From the NCBI GenBank assembly GCA_049970495.1, contig JBMFMV010000036.1, positions 1-19,517 on the forward strand: a DNA stretch of 19,517 bases, in the 5' to 3' direction. The stretch is from a bacterium (lineage in GTDB: Bacteria; DUMJ01). Below are positions 1-10,579 of the stretch, one piece after another. Every line of letters starts with the position of its first letter. Positions within the stretch are counted from its first letter, which is position 1. The notes below the pieces were generated by a model, which saw only the letters and a list, made by a program, of their open reading frames with translations, made no database searches and had not been told where the DNA came from. Position numbers and translations under genes: made by a program.

Positions 1-27
1 CTCTCCTTACTTCTACTGATAGTCTAC

Positions 28-107
28 TCCTACATCCCAATCCTCTCTAACTTTACCTATATTTTATTCCTACATCCCAATCCTCTCTAACTTTACCTAT
101 ATTTTAT
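28..107. repeat. Perfect 40-bp tandem duplication (2 copies: 28-67 and 68-107)
   Basis: TCCTACATCCCAATCCTCTCTAACTTTACCTATATTTTAT occurs twice head-to-tail with no spacer. Confidence 0.95.
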
Positions 108-127
108 CCTTCCCCCACATTTGTCAA
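101..127 (-). promoter_or_regulatory. Possible sigma70-type promoter reading leftwards out of the window
   Basis: Minus strand TTGACA (127-122), 15 nt, TAAAAT (106-101). The spacing is suboptimal. An SD-like AAGGAG at 8-3 suggests a gene starts just outside the window. Confidence 0.35.
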
Positions 128-158
128 GGGGAGTTTTCGAGAGGCTACCAAAATTTTA

Positions 159-186
159 AGGGAGAGAGAATTGTAACCCCCTCCCC
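159..186 (-). terminator. Probable intrinsic terminator of the SBP gene
   Basis: Minus-strand RNA GGGGAGGGGG-UUACAAUU-CUCUCUCCCU forms a 10-bp stem including three G-U pairs, so it pairs fully only on this strand. It starts 7 nt after the stop codon and is followed by UAAAAUUUU. Confidence 0.6.
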
Positions 187-193
187 ATTTAGA

Positions 194-2173
194 CTATTTT
201 GTCTTAAAGAAGTATTGCTCTGGGAAAGTATTACCTTCTGTAAGCTGTAACCAGTCTTGTATTGCATCTTCTGGGACATTCCTAAAGTTATTCCTTACTA
301 TTACTATCTGAGGTAATACACCAACTATACCTATAACCCACAGATTCTTGGCATTTAATCTCATAATTTCATGAGCATAATTTGTTCTAGCTGTTTCATT
401 GGTGGTACTCTTAGCTTTATCATAAAGCTGATATATCTTCACAATATCTTCAGGTGGCTTTTCTCCCTCTTTACCACCAGTCCTATACCATCTCCAATAT
501 TCATTAGCATTATTAGGAGGAGTTCCACTTGGCATGCCAGGTACCCAATATAGTGGTTCTACTAGAGGGGTAAAGCATCTATCCATAGTCCAGATACCAA
601 TATCTAGTTCTCCAGCTTGTGCCCTAGTAGTAAATAGATCTCTACTCTCCTCTTTAAGAAGGGTTTTTATACCTATAGCCTCCCAGTATCTCTTCACCAT
701 TGTAGTGACATCTGTCCAAGGACCAAATATAGCAGCATATTCTATGGTTACTGTTAATGTCTTTCCATCTGGTCTTAATCTAAAACCATCTTTGTCTCTC
801 TTTGTCAGTCCAATCTTGTCTAGTAATTGATTAGCCTTAACAGGATCGTATTCTGCATAAGCCTTCTCATACTCTGGCTTGTAATAAGGGCATTGAGGGA
901 TAACTGCTGCTTGTCTAGGCTTGCCCATTCCTAAATAGGCTATCTGATTTATCTCTTCTCTGTTTATAGCTAGAGAAAGGGCTCTCCTAAAGTCAACATT
1001 TTCAAAAAGTTTACGGAGCACTGGGTCTTTATGGTTAAGATTGGGCATAAGTAGAGCATTAGAACCTTCTGCAGACGTCCACTTTAAGACTCTATAATTC
1101 CCCTTATCCCTATTCTCCATAAATAAAGTATAGTTTGTCCACACGATATGTCTAAACTGCATATCTATTTCTCCAGCCATAGCCTTCATATTTAAGACTT
1201 CTACATTTTCAACTATATCAAACCTTATTTTATCGATATATGGTAACTGATTCCCTGCGGTATCAATCTTCCAATAGTACGGATTCCTTGTGGCTATAAC
1301 AATATTAGAAGGAGGAGGGGTAGTTATTACCCATGCCCATATCCTTGGACAATCTGCATTCTGCCAACTTTGCTTATTACCAAATAATTGATGCCATAGT
1401 TGAAATCCTGCTTCCTTTGCCATTGCCTCAAGTTTTTCTTTAGTAGTATAGTTAATATGGAATTGTTTTAGATAGTGAGCAGGATATTGGGTTATTCCCA
1501 AAGCATTAGGTCCAGCTAGTATCTGCATAAATAACCCATAAGGAGCGTCAAATTTAAACCTAACTGTATAATCATCTACCTTTTCAACCTTACCTGGTTT
1601 ACCTTCTACTGTAAGCCAAGTAGGGAATACAGGGGTTAGGTCCTTATTTAGGAGGACGTCTTTATACCAGAAGAGTATATCATCTGCTGTAAATGGCTGT
1701 CCGTCAGACCATTTTATACCTTTTCTCAGATAGAAAGTGAAGGTTTTACCCCCATCCTCTATCTTCCATCTAGTCGCCACATTAGGAATAACTTTCTTAC
1801 CGTCAGCACTCCAACGAACTAGATTCTCATAAGTAAGTCTGCTATTAATTATCCCAACATCACTTACTCCAACAGCAGCCCTTCTCCAAGTGCCTCCATA
1901 CTGTCCAATTTCTTCAAGAGGGGAAACCACTAATGGTTCTTGAGGTAATCTCTGCTCCACAGGAGGAAGCTTTCCTTGTTTGACAAGGTCGGTTAACATC
2001 GGAGCCTCATTAAATTTCTCAATTTTCTTTCCGGTTGCCCTTTGATAATCTTGAAGACTATTATAGACTTGAACACTAGGAATCTTCTGCTGAGCTAACA
2101 CTAAATTACTAAAGGAAAACTCACATAAACTCATAACTAAAAGAAGTATTAGTAAATTTCTCAAGACTCTCAT
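194..2173 (-). CDS. ABC transporter solute-binding protein, family 5 (DppA/OppA/NikA-like), probably oligosaccharide-binding
   Basis: 659 aa. Signal peptide ending ...VLA|QQ; subfamily motif EAPML..LV..GKLPPVEQRLP; family-5 motifs F.LRKG.KWSDG.PFTADD, RNPYYWK.D..GNQLPYID and FRRALSLAINREEI; SD GGAGGT. Sugar specificity is inferred from subfamily and context. Confidence 0.9.
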   Translation of the reverse strand: MRVLRNLLILLLVMSLCEFSFSNLVLAQQKIPSVQVYNSLQDYQRATGKKIEKFNEAPMLTDLVKQGKLPPVEQRLPQEPLVVSPLEEIGQYGGTWRRAAVGVSDVGIINSRLTYENLVRWSADGKKVIPNVATRWKIEDGGKTFTFYLRKGIKWSDGQPFTADDILFWYKDVLLNKDLTPVFPTWLTVEGKPGKVEKVDDYTVRFKFDAPYGLFMQILAGPNALGITQYPAHYLKQFHINYTTKEKLEAMAKEAGFQLWHQLFGNKQSWQNADCPRIWAWVITTPPPSNIVIATRNPYYWKIDTAGNQLPYIDKIRFDIVENVEVLNMKAMAGEIDMQFRHIVWTNYTLFMENRDKGNYRVLKWTSAEGSNALLMPNLNHKDPVLRKLFENVDFRRALSLAINREEINQIAYLGMGKPRQAAVIPQCPYYKPEYEKAYAEYDPVKANQLLDKIGLTKRDKDGFRLRPDGKTLTVTIEYAAIFGPWTDVTTMVKRYWEAIGIKTLLKEESRDLFTTRAQAGELDIGIWTMDRCFTPLVEPLYWVPGMPSGTPPNNANEYWRWYRTGGKEGEKPPEDIVKIYQLYDKAKSTTNETARTNYAHEIMRLNAKNLWVIGIVGVLPQIVIVRNNFRNVPEDAIQDWLQLTEGNTFPEQYFFKTK

Positions 2174-2292
2174 TTTTTACCTCCTCTTGCAAATATCTCT
2201 CCAATTTTATTCCTATAACCTCCTCTATCCCCCTATAAAGTCTTTCTAAAACCAAATTAGACACTTCCCCTTTTTCAACCTCCTTTCATACC

Positions 2293-2306
2293 TAAAACCG
2301 ATTGCA
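2293..2306. promoter_or_regulatory. Putative LacI-family operator at the SBP transcription start
   Basis: Minus strand TGCAATCGGTTTTA, an imperfect palindrome with central CG resembling TGNAANCGNTTNCA, 5 nt downstream of the -10 box. Confidence 0.5.
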
Positions 2307-2311
2307 ATATT

Positions 2312-2340
2312 ATTATAACTTGTAAGATACCCTTAGTCAA
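2312..2340 (-). promoter_or_regulatory. Sigma70-type promoter of the SBP gene
   Basis: TTGACT (2340-2335), 17 nt, TATAAT (2317-2312). Confidence 0.8.
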
Positions 2341-2351
2341 CATGTTGGTTA

Positions 2352-3134
2352 CTACGCTATACTCTTCTTAAATTGGGTGGTAGCTAAATAAAGTGTAAGA
2401 AAAACTAGTATTATAATATAAACAAATCCCTGTACTATCTCAGTCCAATTCCATCCCGATATAACAAGAGTTCTTAATGGAGTCACTACATAAGAAAGAG
2501 GATTCCACTTAGCTATTGTTGCCAACCAGTTTGGCATGGTTTGAGTTGGAAACATAGCATTACTAGTAAACATAAGCGGCATAGTAAGAAAATTGACCAC
2601 TGCAAACAAAGTCTCCATATTCTTTAATCTTGCAGCCAAGGCAAGGGAAATACCAGCCATAGCAAGACTAAAGCTCATAACTAAAAATAGAATCAACATG
2701 ATTCCCAAGATACCTGTAGCGAAATTTACCCCCATGAGTCTTGCCACAACTATTATCATTAGACCTTGAAATCCTGCTATTAATGCACTTGAAAGCATCT
2801 TACCTAAGGGTATTGCACTTCTAGATATAGGAGAAACAAGCATCTTATTTAGATATCCAAATCTCCTATCCATAACTATAGAAACACCGCCAAAAATCCC
2901 GCCAAAAAGAGCTGTCATAACTATAACCCCTGGAGTCATAAAATCTAAGTACTTTACTCCACCTAAAGCCATCATAGCAAAAGGATTATTAGTAAGACCT
3001 GACATAAGATTTCCAATAAGGCTTAGCCAAATAAATGGCTGAATTATAGAGACCATAATTCTCATTTTCTGGTCTACAAAATGTTTTATCTCTCTCCAAA
3101 AAACAGAATATACATCTTGCAAAAAATAATTCAT
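2352..3134 (-). CDS. ABC-2 type exporter permease (DrrB-like)
   Basis: 260 aa, about 6 TM segments; Y.DFM.PGVI.M, DR..G.L..ML.SPISR and WNPLSY motifs; ATGA overlap with the ATPase stop codon. Confidence 0.9.
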   Translation of the reverse strand: MNYFLQDVYSVFWREIKHFVDQKMRIMVSIIQPFIWLSLIGNLMSGLTNNPFAMMALGGVKYLDFMTPGVIVMTALFGGIFGGVSIVMDRRFGYLNKMLVSPISRSAIPLGKMLSSALIAGFQGLMIIVVARLMGVNFATGILGIMLILFLVMSFSLAMAGISLALAARLKNMETLFAVVNFLTMPLMFTSNAMFPTQTMPNWLATIAKWNPLSYVVTPLRTLVISGWNWTEIVQGFVYIIILVFLTLYLATTQFKKSIA

Positions 3135-4138
3135 CTTGACCTCCTTAGTATTCTATCCATTCTTCTATTGTCTTCCCTACTTCCCTCTTCATCTCTTAAT
3201 TCCCTACCCGTATAAGCTATGTATACATCGTCTAAAGTAGGTTGTTTTAGTATTATAGAAGTTATCTCAATATCTTTTTCATGGGCAATATTAAAGACTA
3301 ATGGGATAAGCTTCTCACCTTTACTTGCTACAATAGTGTATCTCCCATCACTTTTCTTAATATCCCTAACATATTCAATATTTCTTATACTCTCAAAAAA
3401 TAAATTGATAACCTCTACATTATTCTGTTTTATAGAAAGTGTTATCAAATCTCCGCCAAGATTCTCTTTGAGATTCTTAGGAGTATCTATAGCTTTTATC
3501 TCTCCATGGTCTATTATAGCAATCCTATCACAGATATTATCTGCTTCTTCCATATAGTGAGTAGTCAAGAATATAGTCATATTATTCTCTTCCCTAATTC
3601 TTGCTATATAACTCCATATGTCTTGCCTAGTTTGTACATCCAATCCTAATGTAGGTTCATCCAAAAAGAGTACTTTAGGCCTATGGATTAATCCCATAGC
3701 TATATCTAATCTCTTCCTCATTCCACCTGAATAATTTTCTACCCTTTCATCTGCTCTATCTGCTAGATGAACAAGTTCTAATAATTCCCTTATCCTTTTT
3801 TCCATCGTATCCTTGGGTATATGATAGAACCTCCCCTGTAGATAGAGATTCTCCCAGCCTGTAAGAGAATCATCTACAGCAAGATCTTGAGAGACATATC
3901 CTATAGAGAGCCTAACTGGATTTGGATTTTTCAATACATCATATCCGCAAACTTTAGCAGAACCAGAAGTAGGCTTTATAAGGGTTGTAAGCATCATCAT
4001 AGTGGTTGTCTTTCCAGCGCCGTTTGGTCCAAGAAAGCCAAATATCTCCCCTTCTTCCACATCAAAGCTTATGCCTCTTATAGCCTCTATTCCTCCAGGA
4101 TATACCTTTGATAGCTTATTAACTTCTATTACTTTCAA
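3131..4138 (-). CDS. ABC exporter ATP-binding protein (DrrA-like)
   Basis: Walker A GPNGAGKT, signature YSGGM, Walker B LFLDEPT, TTHYMEEA, C-terminal PTLDDVY...TG; TTG start with SD GGAGG. Confidence 0.92.
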   Translation of the reverse strand: MKVIEVNKLSKVYPGGIEAIRGISFDVEEGEIFGFLGPNGAGKTTTMMMLTTLIKPTSGSAKVCGYDVLKNPNPVRLSIGYVSQDLAVDDSLTGWENLYLQGRFYHIPKDTMEKRIRELLELVHLADRADERVENYSGGMRKRLDIAMGLIHRPKVLFLDEPTLGLDVQTRQDIWSYIARIREENNMTIFLTTHYMEEADNICDRIAIIDHGEIKAIDTPKNLKENLGGDLITLSIKQNNVEVINLFFESIRNIEYVRDIKKSDGRYTIVASKGEKLIPLVFNIAHEKDIEITSIILKQPTLDDVYIAYTGRELRDEEGSREDNRRMDRILRRSR

Positions 4139-4141
4139 CTT

Positions 4142-4381
4142 CTACTCTCCTCCCTTAATCCTCTCTACAATCTTTTCCATCTCTATAAGATCTTTGGTGA
4201 GATTAGATAGAAGGTTCATTATTTGATCTGCTTTTATAAGAATAAGTCCTGGGAAATTTCTTACTTTCATAAAGATCAACTTATCTCCAGGATTTAAGTC
4301 AAAATCTACCCTAGCTTCTTGGGGAATGACTAATTGTCCCCTCTCGCTAAGAGTAGCTATCCCATAAAATTTTTGCTCCAT
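4142..4381 (-). CDS. AbrB/MazE/SpoVT-family DNA-binding protein
   Basis: 79 aa; LSERGQLVIPQEAR..F.L.PGDKL is the swapped-hairpin signature; SD GGAGG; first gene of the exporter operon. Confidence 0.88.
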   Translation of the reverse strand: MEQKFYGIATLSERGQLVIPQEARVDFDLNPGDKLIFMKVRNFPGLILIKADQIMNLLSNLTKDLIEMEKIVERIKGGE

Positions 4382-4410
4382 AATCTTATTCCTCCATATT
4401 ATCCTTATTA

Positions 4411-4450
4411 ATCATACTAATATGATACATATGAAAAGTAAAAATGTCAA
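4411..4450 (-). promoter_or_regulatory. Promoter of the AbrB/ABC-2 operon with an overlapping inverted repeat
   Basis: TTGACA (4450-4445), 17 nt, TATCAT (4427-4422). The inverted repeat ATCATA-CTAA-TATGAT (4411-4426) overlaps -10 and +1. Confidence 0.7.
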
Positions 4451-4508
4451 GAGAATTTCTATCCAAAATTATAAGGTGAGAACAGATTGGTCTATCTAGA
4501 GTAAATGA

Positions 4509-7650
<3,142 letters not shown>

Positions 7651-7683
7651 TAGGAAAAATCTATTTAATTTTGGAGGTGACTT

Positions 7684-8760
7684 GTGCGAAGAGGCAAAAA
7701 GAAGCTAAGAGTAGGGATCATTGGTGTAGGAGGTATATCTAAAGTTCATCTTGAGGGCTACGCAAAGCTTCCAGACCTAGTAGAAGTTGTAGCCTTCTGT
7801 GATATCATACCAGAAAGGGCAAAGATGGGGGCAGAAAAATATGGAGCTTCAGGGGCAAAGGTGTTTACTGACTATAAAGAACTTCTAGCAATGAAAGACC
7901 TAGATGCAGTTAATATCTGTACTCCAAATAAGTTGCATGCACCTATGACGATAGATGCCTTAAAAGCAGGTAAACATGTCTTCTGCGAAAAGCCTATGGC
8001 TATAACATCTGAAGAGGCAGATGCAATGGTAAAGACAGCTAAAGAGACTGGCCTAAAGTTAAGTGTAGGGTATCAATCTAGATATTCTGACGATGCTCAA
8101 CTCCTAAAAAGGATGATATCTAACGGGGAGCTAGGTAAGATATACTATGCTGAAGCTCTTGCCCTTAGAAGGAGAGGAGTTCCAACTTGGGGAGTATTCT
8201 TATCCAAAGAGATGCAAGGAGGAGGCCCATTGATAGATATCGGAACTCACTCCTTAGATCTAACCTTATGGCTCATGGGAGATTATTCTAAGCCAGTAGC
8301 AGTTTTGGGTTCTTCTTATAAAGAGCTAGCACCGTTAGGTGGTTATAATGCATGGGGTCCATGGGATCCAGAGTCTTATGAAGTGGAAGATTCGGCGTTT
8401 GGTTTTGTAAAATTAGAGAGTGGAGCTACTGTGGTAGTTAAGGCGTCTTGGGCATTAAACATAGAAAAAGATGAGCATGGTTCGGTATTATGTGGAACAA
8501 AAGGAGGAGCCAGATTTGTAAATAGTGCCCTTACTATAAATAAAGAAGGCAATAATAGATTATGGGATATAACCCCTGTTCCTATTAGGAGCTCCGAGTC
8601 TCTGTATGATAGAGAAATAGCCTACTGGGTAGACTGCCTCATAAACAATAAAGAACCTTTGGTAAAAGCAGAAGAAGCAGCACAGGTAACGAGAATTTTA
8701 GAAATGATATACAAATCTTCTGAGGCTAATAAGGCAGTAGAGGCTTCTAAGAAAAGATAA
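7684..8760 (+). CDS. Gfo/Idh/MocA-family NAD(P)-dependent oxidoreductase
   Basis: Rossmann motif GIIGVGGI, AGKHVFCEKPMA, GGGPLIDIGTH.LD; GTG start with SD GGAGGT. Confidence 0.92.
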   Translation: MRRGKKKLRVGIIGVGGISKVHLEGYAKLPDLVEVVAFCDIIPERAKMGAEKYGASGAKVFTDYKELLAMKDLDAVNICTPNKLHAPMTIDALKAGKHVFCEKPMAITSEEADAMVKTAKETGLKLSVGYQSRYSDDAQLLKRMISNGELGKIYYAEALALRRRGVPTWGVFLSKEMQGGGPLIDIGTHSLDLTLWLMGDYSKPVAVLGSSYKELAPLGGYNAWGPWDPESYEVEDSAFGFVKLESGATVVVKASWALNIEKDEHGSVLCGTKGGARFVNSALTINKEGNNRLWDITPVPIRSSESLYDREIAYWVDCLINNKEPLVKAEEAAQVTRILEMIYKSSEANKAVEASKKR

Positions 8761-8765
8761 GAAAC

Positions 8766-8809
8766 TTATAGGAGAGCTAGAGAATTAATTACTCTTAGCT
8801 CTCCTATAA
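8766..8809 (+). terminator. Strong hairpin, probable terminator after the oxidoreductase
   Basis: Perfect 14-bp inverted repeat TTATAGGAGAGCTA (8766-8779) / TAGCTCTCCTATAA (8796-8809), followed by TATTTAT. Confidence 0.75.
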
Positions 8810-8815
8810 TATTTA

Positions 8816-8824
8816 TGGTATAAT
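8816..8824 (+). promoter_or_regulatory. Extended -10 promoter element of the ABC permease gene
   Basis: TG-G-TATAAT directly after the terminator hairpin, 45 nt upstream of the TTG start. Confidence 0.6.
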
Positions 8825-8869
8825 AGAACATAAACTTTAAGGATTCTAGCTAAAATAGAGAGGTCTATT

Positions 8870-10567
8870 TTGATCTATAGAGCGATACCGTTAAGAAGAG
8901 TAAAAATATCTATAATTGATGTAGGAATAATACTTTTTCTCTTTGCGTTTATATATGGTATTATAAGCACCGCTAAAGACTGGAAAGAGATCCCCACATA
9001 TACTCTTAATATATCTCTATCTCCTAGAAATCTACCACTTTACGCATGGTTTTCTCTCTTAAGACAGTTTCTAGCATATATTCTCTCCCTTCTGTTCTCT
9101 ATATCTTATGGGTATATAGCTAGCCATAATAGAACTTTAGAGCCTGTTATGATAGCACTTCTAGATATTCTACAATCTGTTCCTGTGTTATCCTTTATGC
9201 CTGGCGTTATATTGGGATTAATAGCAATCTTCCCTTATGGGAGAATTGGGATAGAACTTGGTAGTATAGTGTTAATATTTACTGGGCAGGTATGGAATAT
9301 GGCTTTTAGCGTATACGGTTCTATGAGCTCCTTACCTAGGGATTTCAAAGAGGCATCAGAAATTTTTAATCTTACTCCATTTCAAAAATTTCTATATGTA
9401 GAACTTCCTTATTCCGTCATAGGATTAGTCTGGAATAGTATGATGTCTGTAGCAGGCGGATGGTTTTTTTTAATGGCTTGCGAAATGTTTACTCTAGGGA
9501 AGAGGGACTTTAGACTCCCTGGATTGGGTTCTTATCTTCAACTAGCTGCTATAGAGGGAAATACAAAAGCTATTTTACTAGGATTAGGGACAATGATTGC
9601 ATTGATAGTGTTAATTGATCAGTTGGTATGGAGGCCATTGACAGCTTGGGCTCAGAAATTTAAGGTAGAATTAACAACTAGAGGACCAGTCCCTACTTCG
9701 ACTATTTTAACAATACTCCAAAGGTCTACCATTCTAACAACATTCAGTGAGAAAATGAACGAGTTTATTGAAAAGATAACGATTAAATCTTCTAGGGAAG
9801 AGCAGGTTGAAAGAAGAGTTAAGTCTTTTCCTATATTAAAATTTATATTACTTGGAGCATTTCTAATTGTAGTAGGTTACGCCTCCACAAGATTAATGTT
9901 TCTTATATCCAGAGTACCTATATATAGATGGGGAGAGATCATAATTAGCGATTTATTTACCCTGTTAAGGGTATCTGTTGCGGTAGTCTTATCTATAGCA
10001 TGGACTTTACCCCTAGGAGTGTTCATAGGTATGAATCCAAAAATCTCCGTAGTAATGCAGCCGATAGTCCAGATATTAGCTTCTATACCTGCTACAGCAG
10101 TATTTCCAATTATACTCATGTGGCTAATAAGCCTAAGAGGAGGACTATCTATAGCCTCCATACTACTTATGCTTTTAGGAACACAATGGTATATACTCTT
10201 TAATGTAATAGCAGGTGCGATGTCTATACCTGCAGATTTAAAAGAGGCAGCAGAGATATTTCAATTAAAAGGATTAGAAAGGTGGAGAAGACTAATTATA
10301 CCGGCTGTTCTTCCCTATCTAGTGACCGGGGCTATTACTGCTACTGGAGGGGCTTGGAACGCATCTATAGTATCTGAATATGTCCATTTTAGAGGTAAAA
10401 CATTAATGGTTAGAGGATTAGGAGCATTAATAAGTAATTCTGCAGATAAAGGAGACCTGAGTCTCTTAGCTGCCAGTACTATAATGATGATCATAACTGT
10501 TACGCTTATAAATAGATTCTTTTGGAGAAAGTTATACTGGATTGCTGAAGAATATTATTCTCTGTGA
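8870..10567 (+). CDS. NitT/TauT-like ABC permease with two fused BPD_transp_1 domains
   Basis: 565 aa with two homologous halves (LDILQSVPVLSF / VQILASIPATAVF) and two EAA loops (DFKEASEIF, DLKEAAEIF); WNSMMSVAGGWFFL motif; TTG start with SD GAGGT. Confidence 0.88.
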   Translation: MIYRAIPLRRVKISIIDVGIILFLFAFIYGIISTAKDWKEIPTYTLNISLSPRNLPLYAWFSLLRQFLAYILSLLFSISYGYIASHNRTLEPVMIALLDILQSVPVLSFMPGVILGLIAIFPYGRIGIELGSIVLIFTGQVWNMAFSVYGSMSSLPRDFKEASEIFNLTPFQKFLYVELPYSVIGLVWNSMMSVAGGWFFLMACEMFTLGKRDFRLPGLGSYLQLAAIEGNTKAILLGLGTMIALIVLIDQLVWRPLTAWAQKFKVELTTRGPVPTSTILTILQRSTILTTFSEKMNEFIEKITIKSSREEQVERRVKSFPILKFILLGAFLIVVGYASTRLMFLISRVPIYRWGEIIISDLFTLLRVSVAVVLSIAWTLPLGVFIGMNPKISVVMQPIVQILASIPATAVFPIILMWLISLRGGLSIASILLMLLGTQWYILFNVIAGAMSIPADLKEAAEIFQLKGLERWRRLIIPAVLPYLVTGAITATGGAWNASIVSEYVHFRGKTLMVRGLGALISNSADKGDLSLLAASTIMMIITVTLINRFFWRKLYWIAEEYYSL

Positions 10568-10573
10568 TATAAT
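10565..10573 (+). promoter_or_regulatory. Internal extended -10 element positioned for a leaderless ATPase mRNA
   Basis: TG-A-TATAAT, whose TGA is the permease stop codon, then 6 nt (AAAGTT) and ATG at 10580; no SD sequence. Confidence 0.5.
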
Positions 10574-10579
10574 AAAGTT

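Noticed and set aside
28..107. CRISPR array
   Set aside because: Only two abutting copies, with no spacers and no cas genes.
371..830. Plus-strand ORFs 371-553 and 534-830
   Set aside because: Antisense shadows of the well-supported SBP gene, with no recognisable motifs.
3219..4226. Plus-strand ORFs 3219-3557, 3887-4111 and 4002-4226
   Set aside because: Antisense shadows of the ABC ATPase gene; the FPAP.GP text is the usual reverse-strand read of Walker A.
4142..4381. MazE/VapB antitoxin of a toxin-antitoxin pair
   Set aside because: No toxin ORF is adjacent; the next gene is the ABC ATPase.
8761..8870. Known riboswitch or T-box upstream of the ABC permease
   Set aside because: The predicted leader is only about 40 nt, the large hairpin lies upstream of the -10 box, and I recognise no aptamer consensus.
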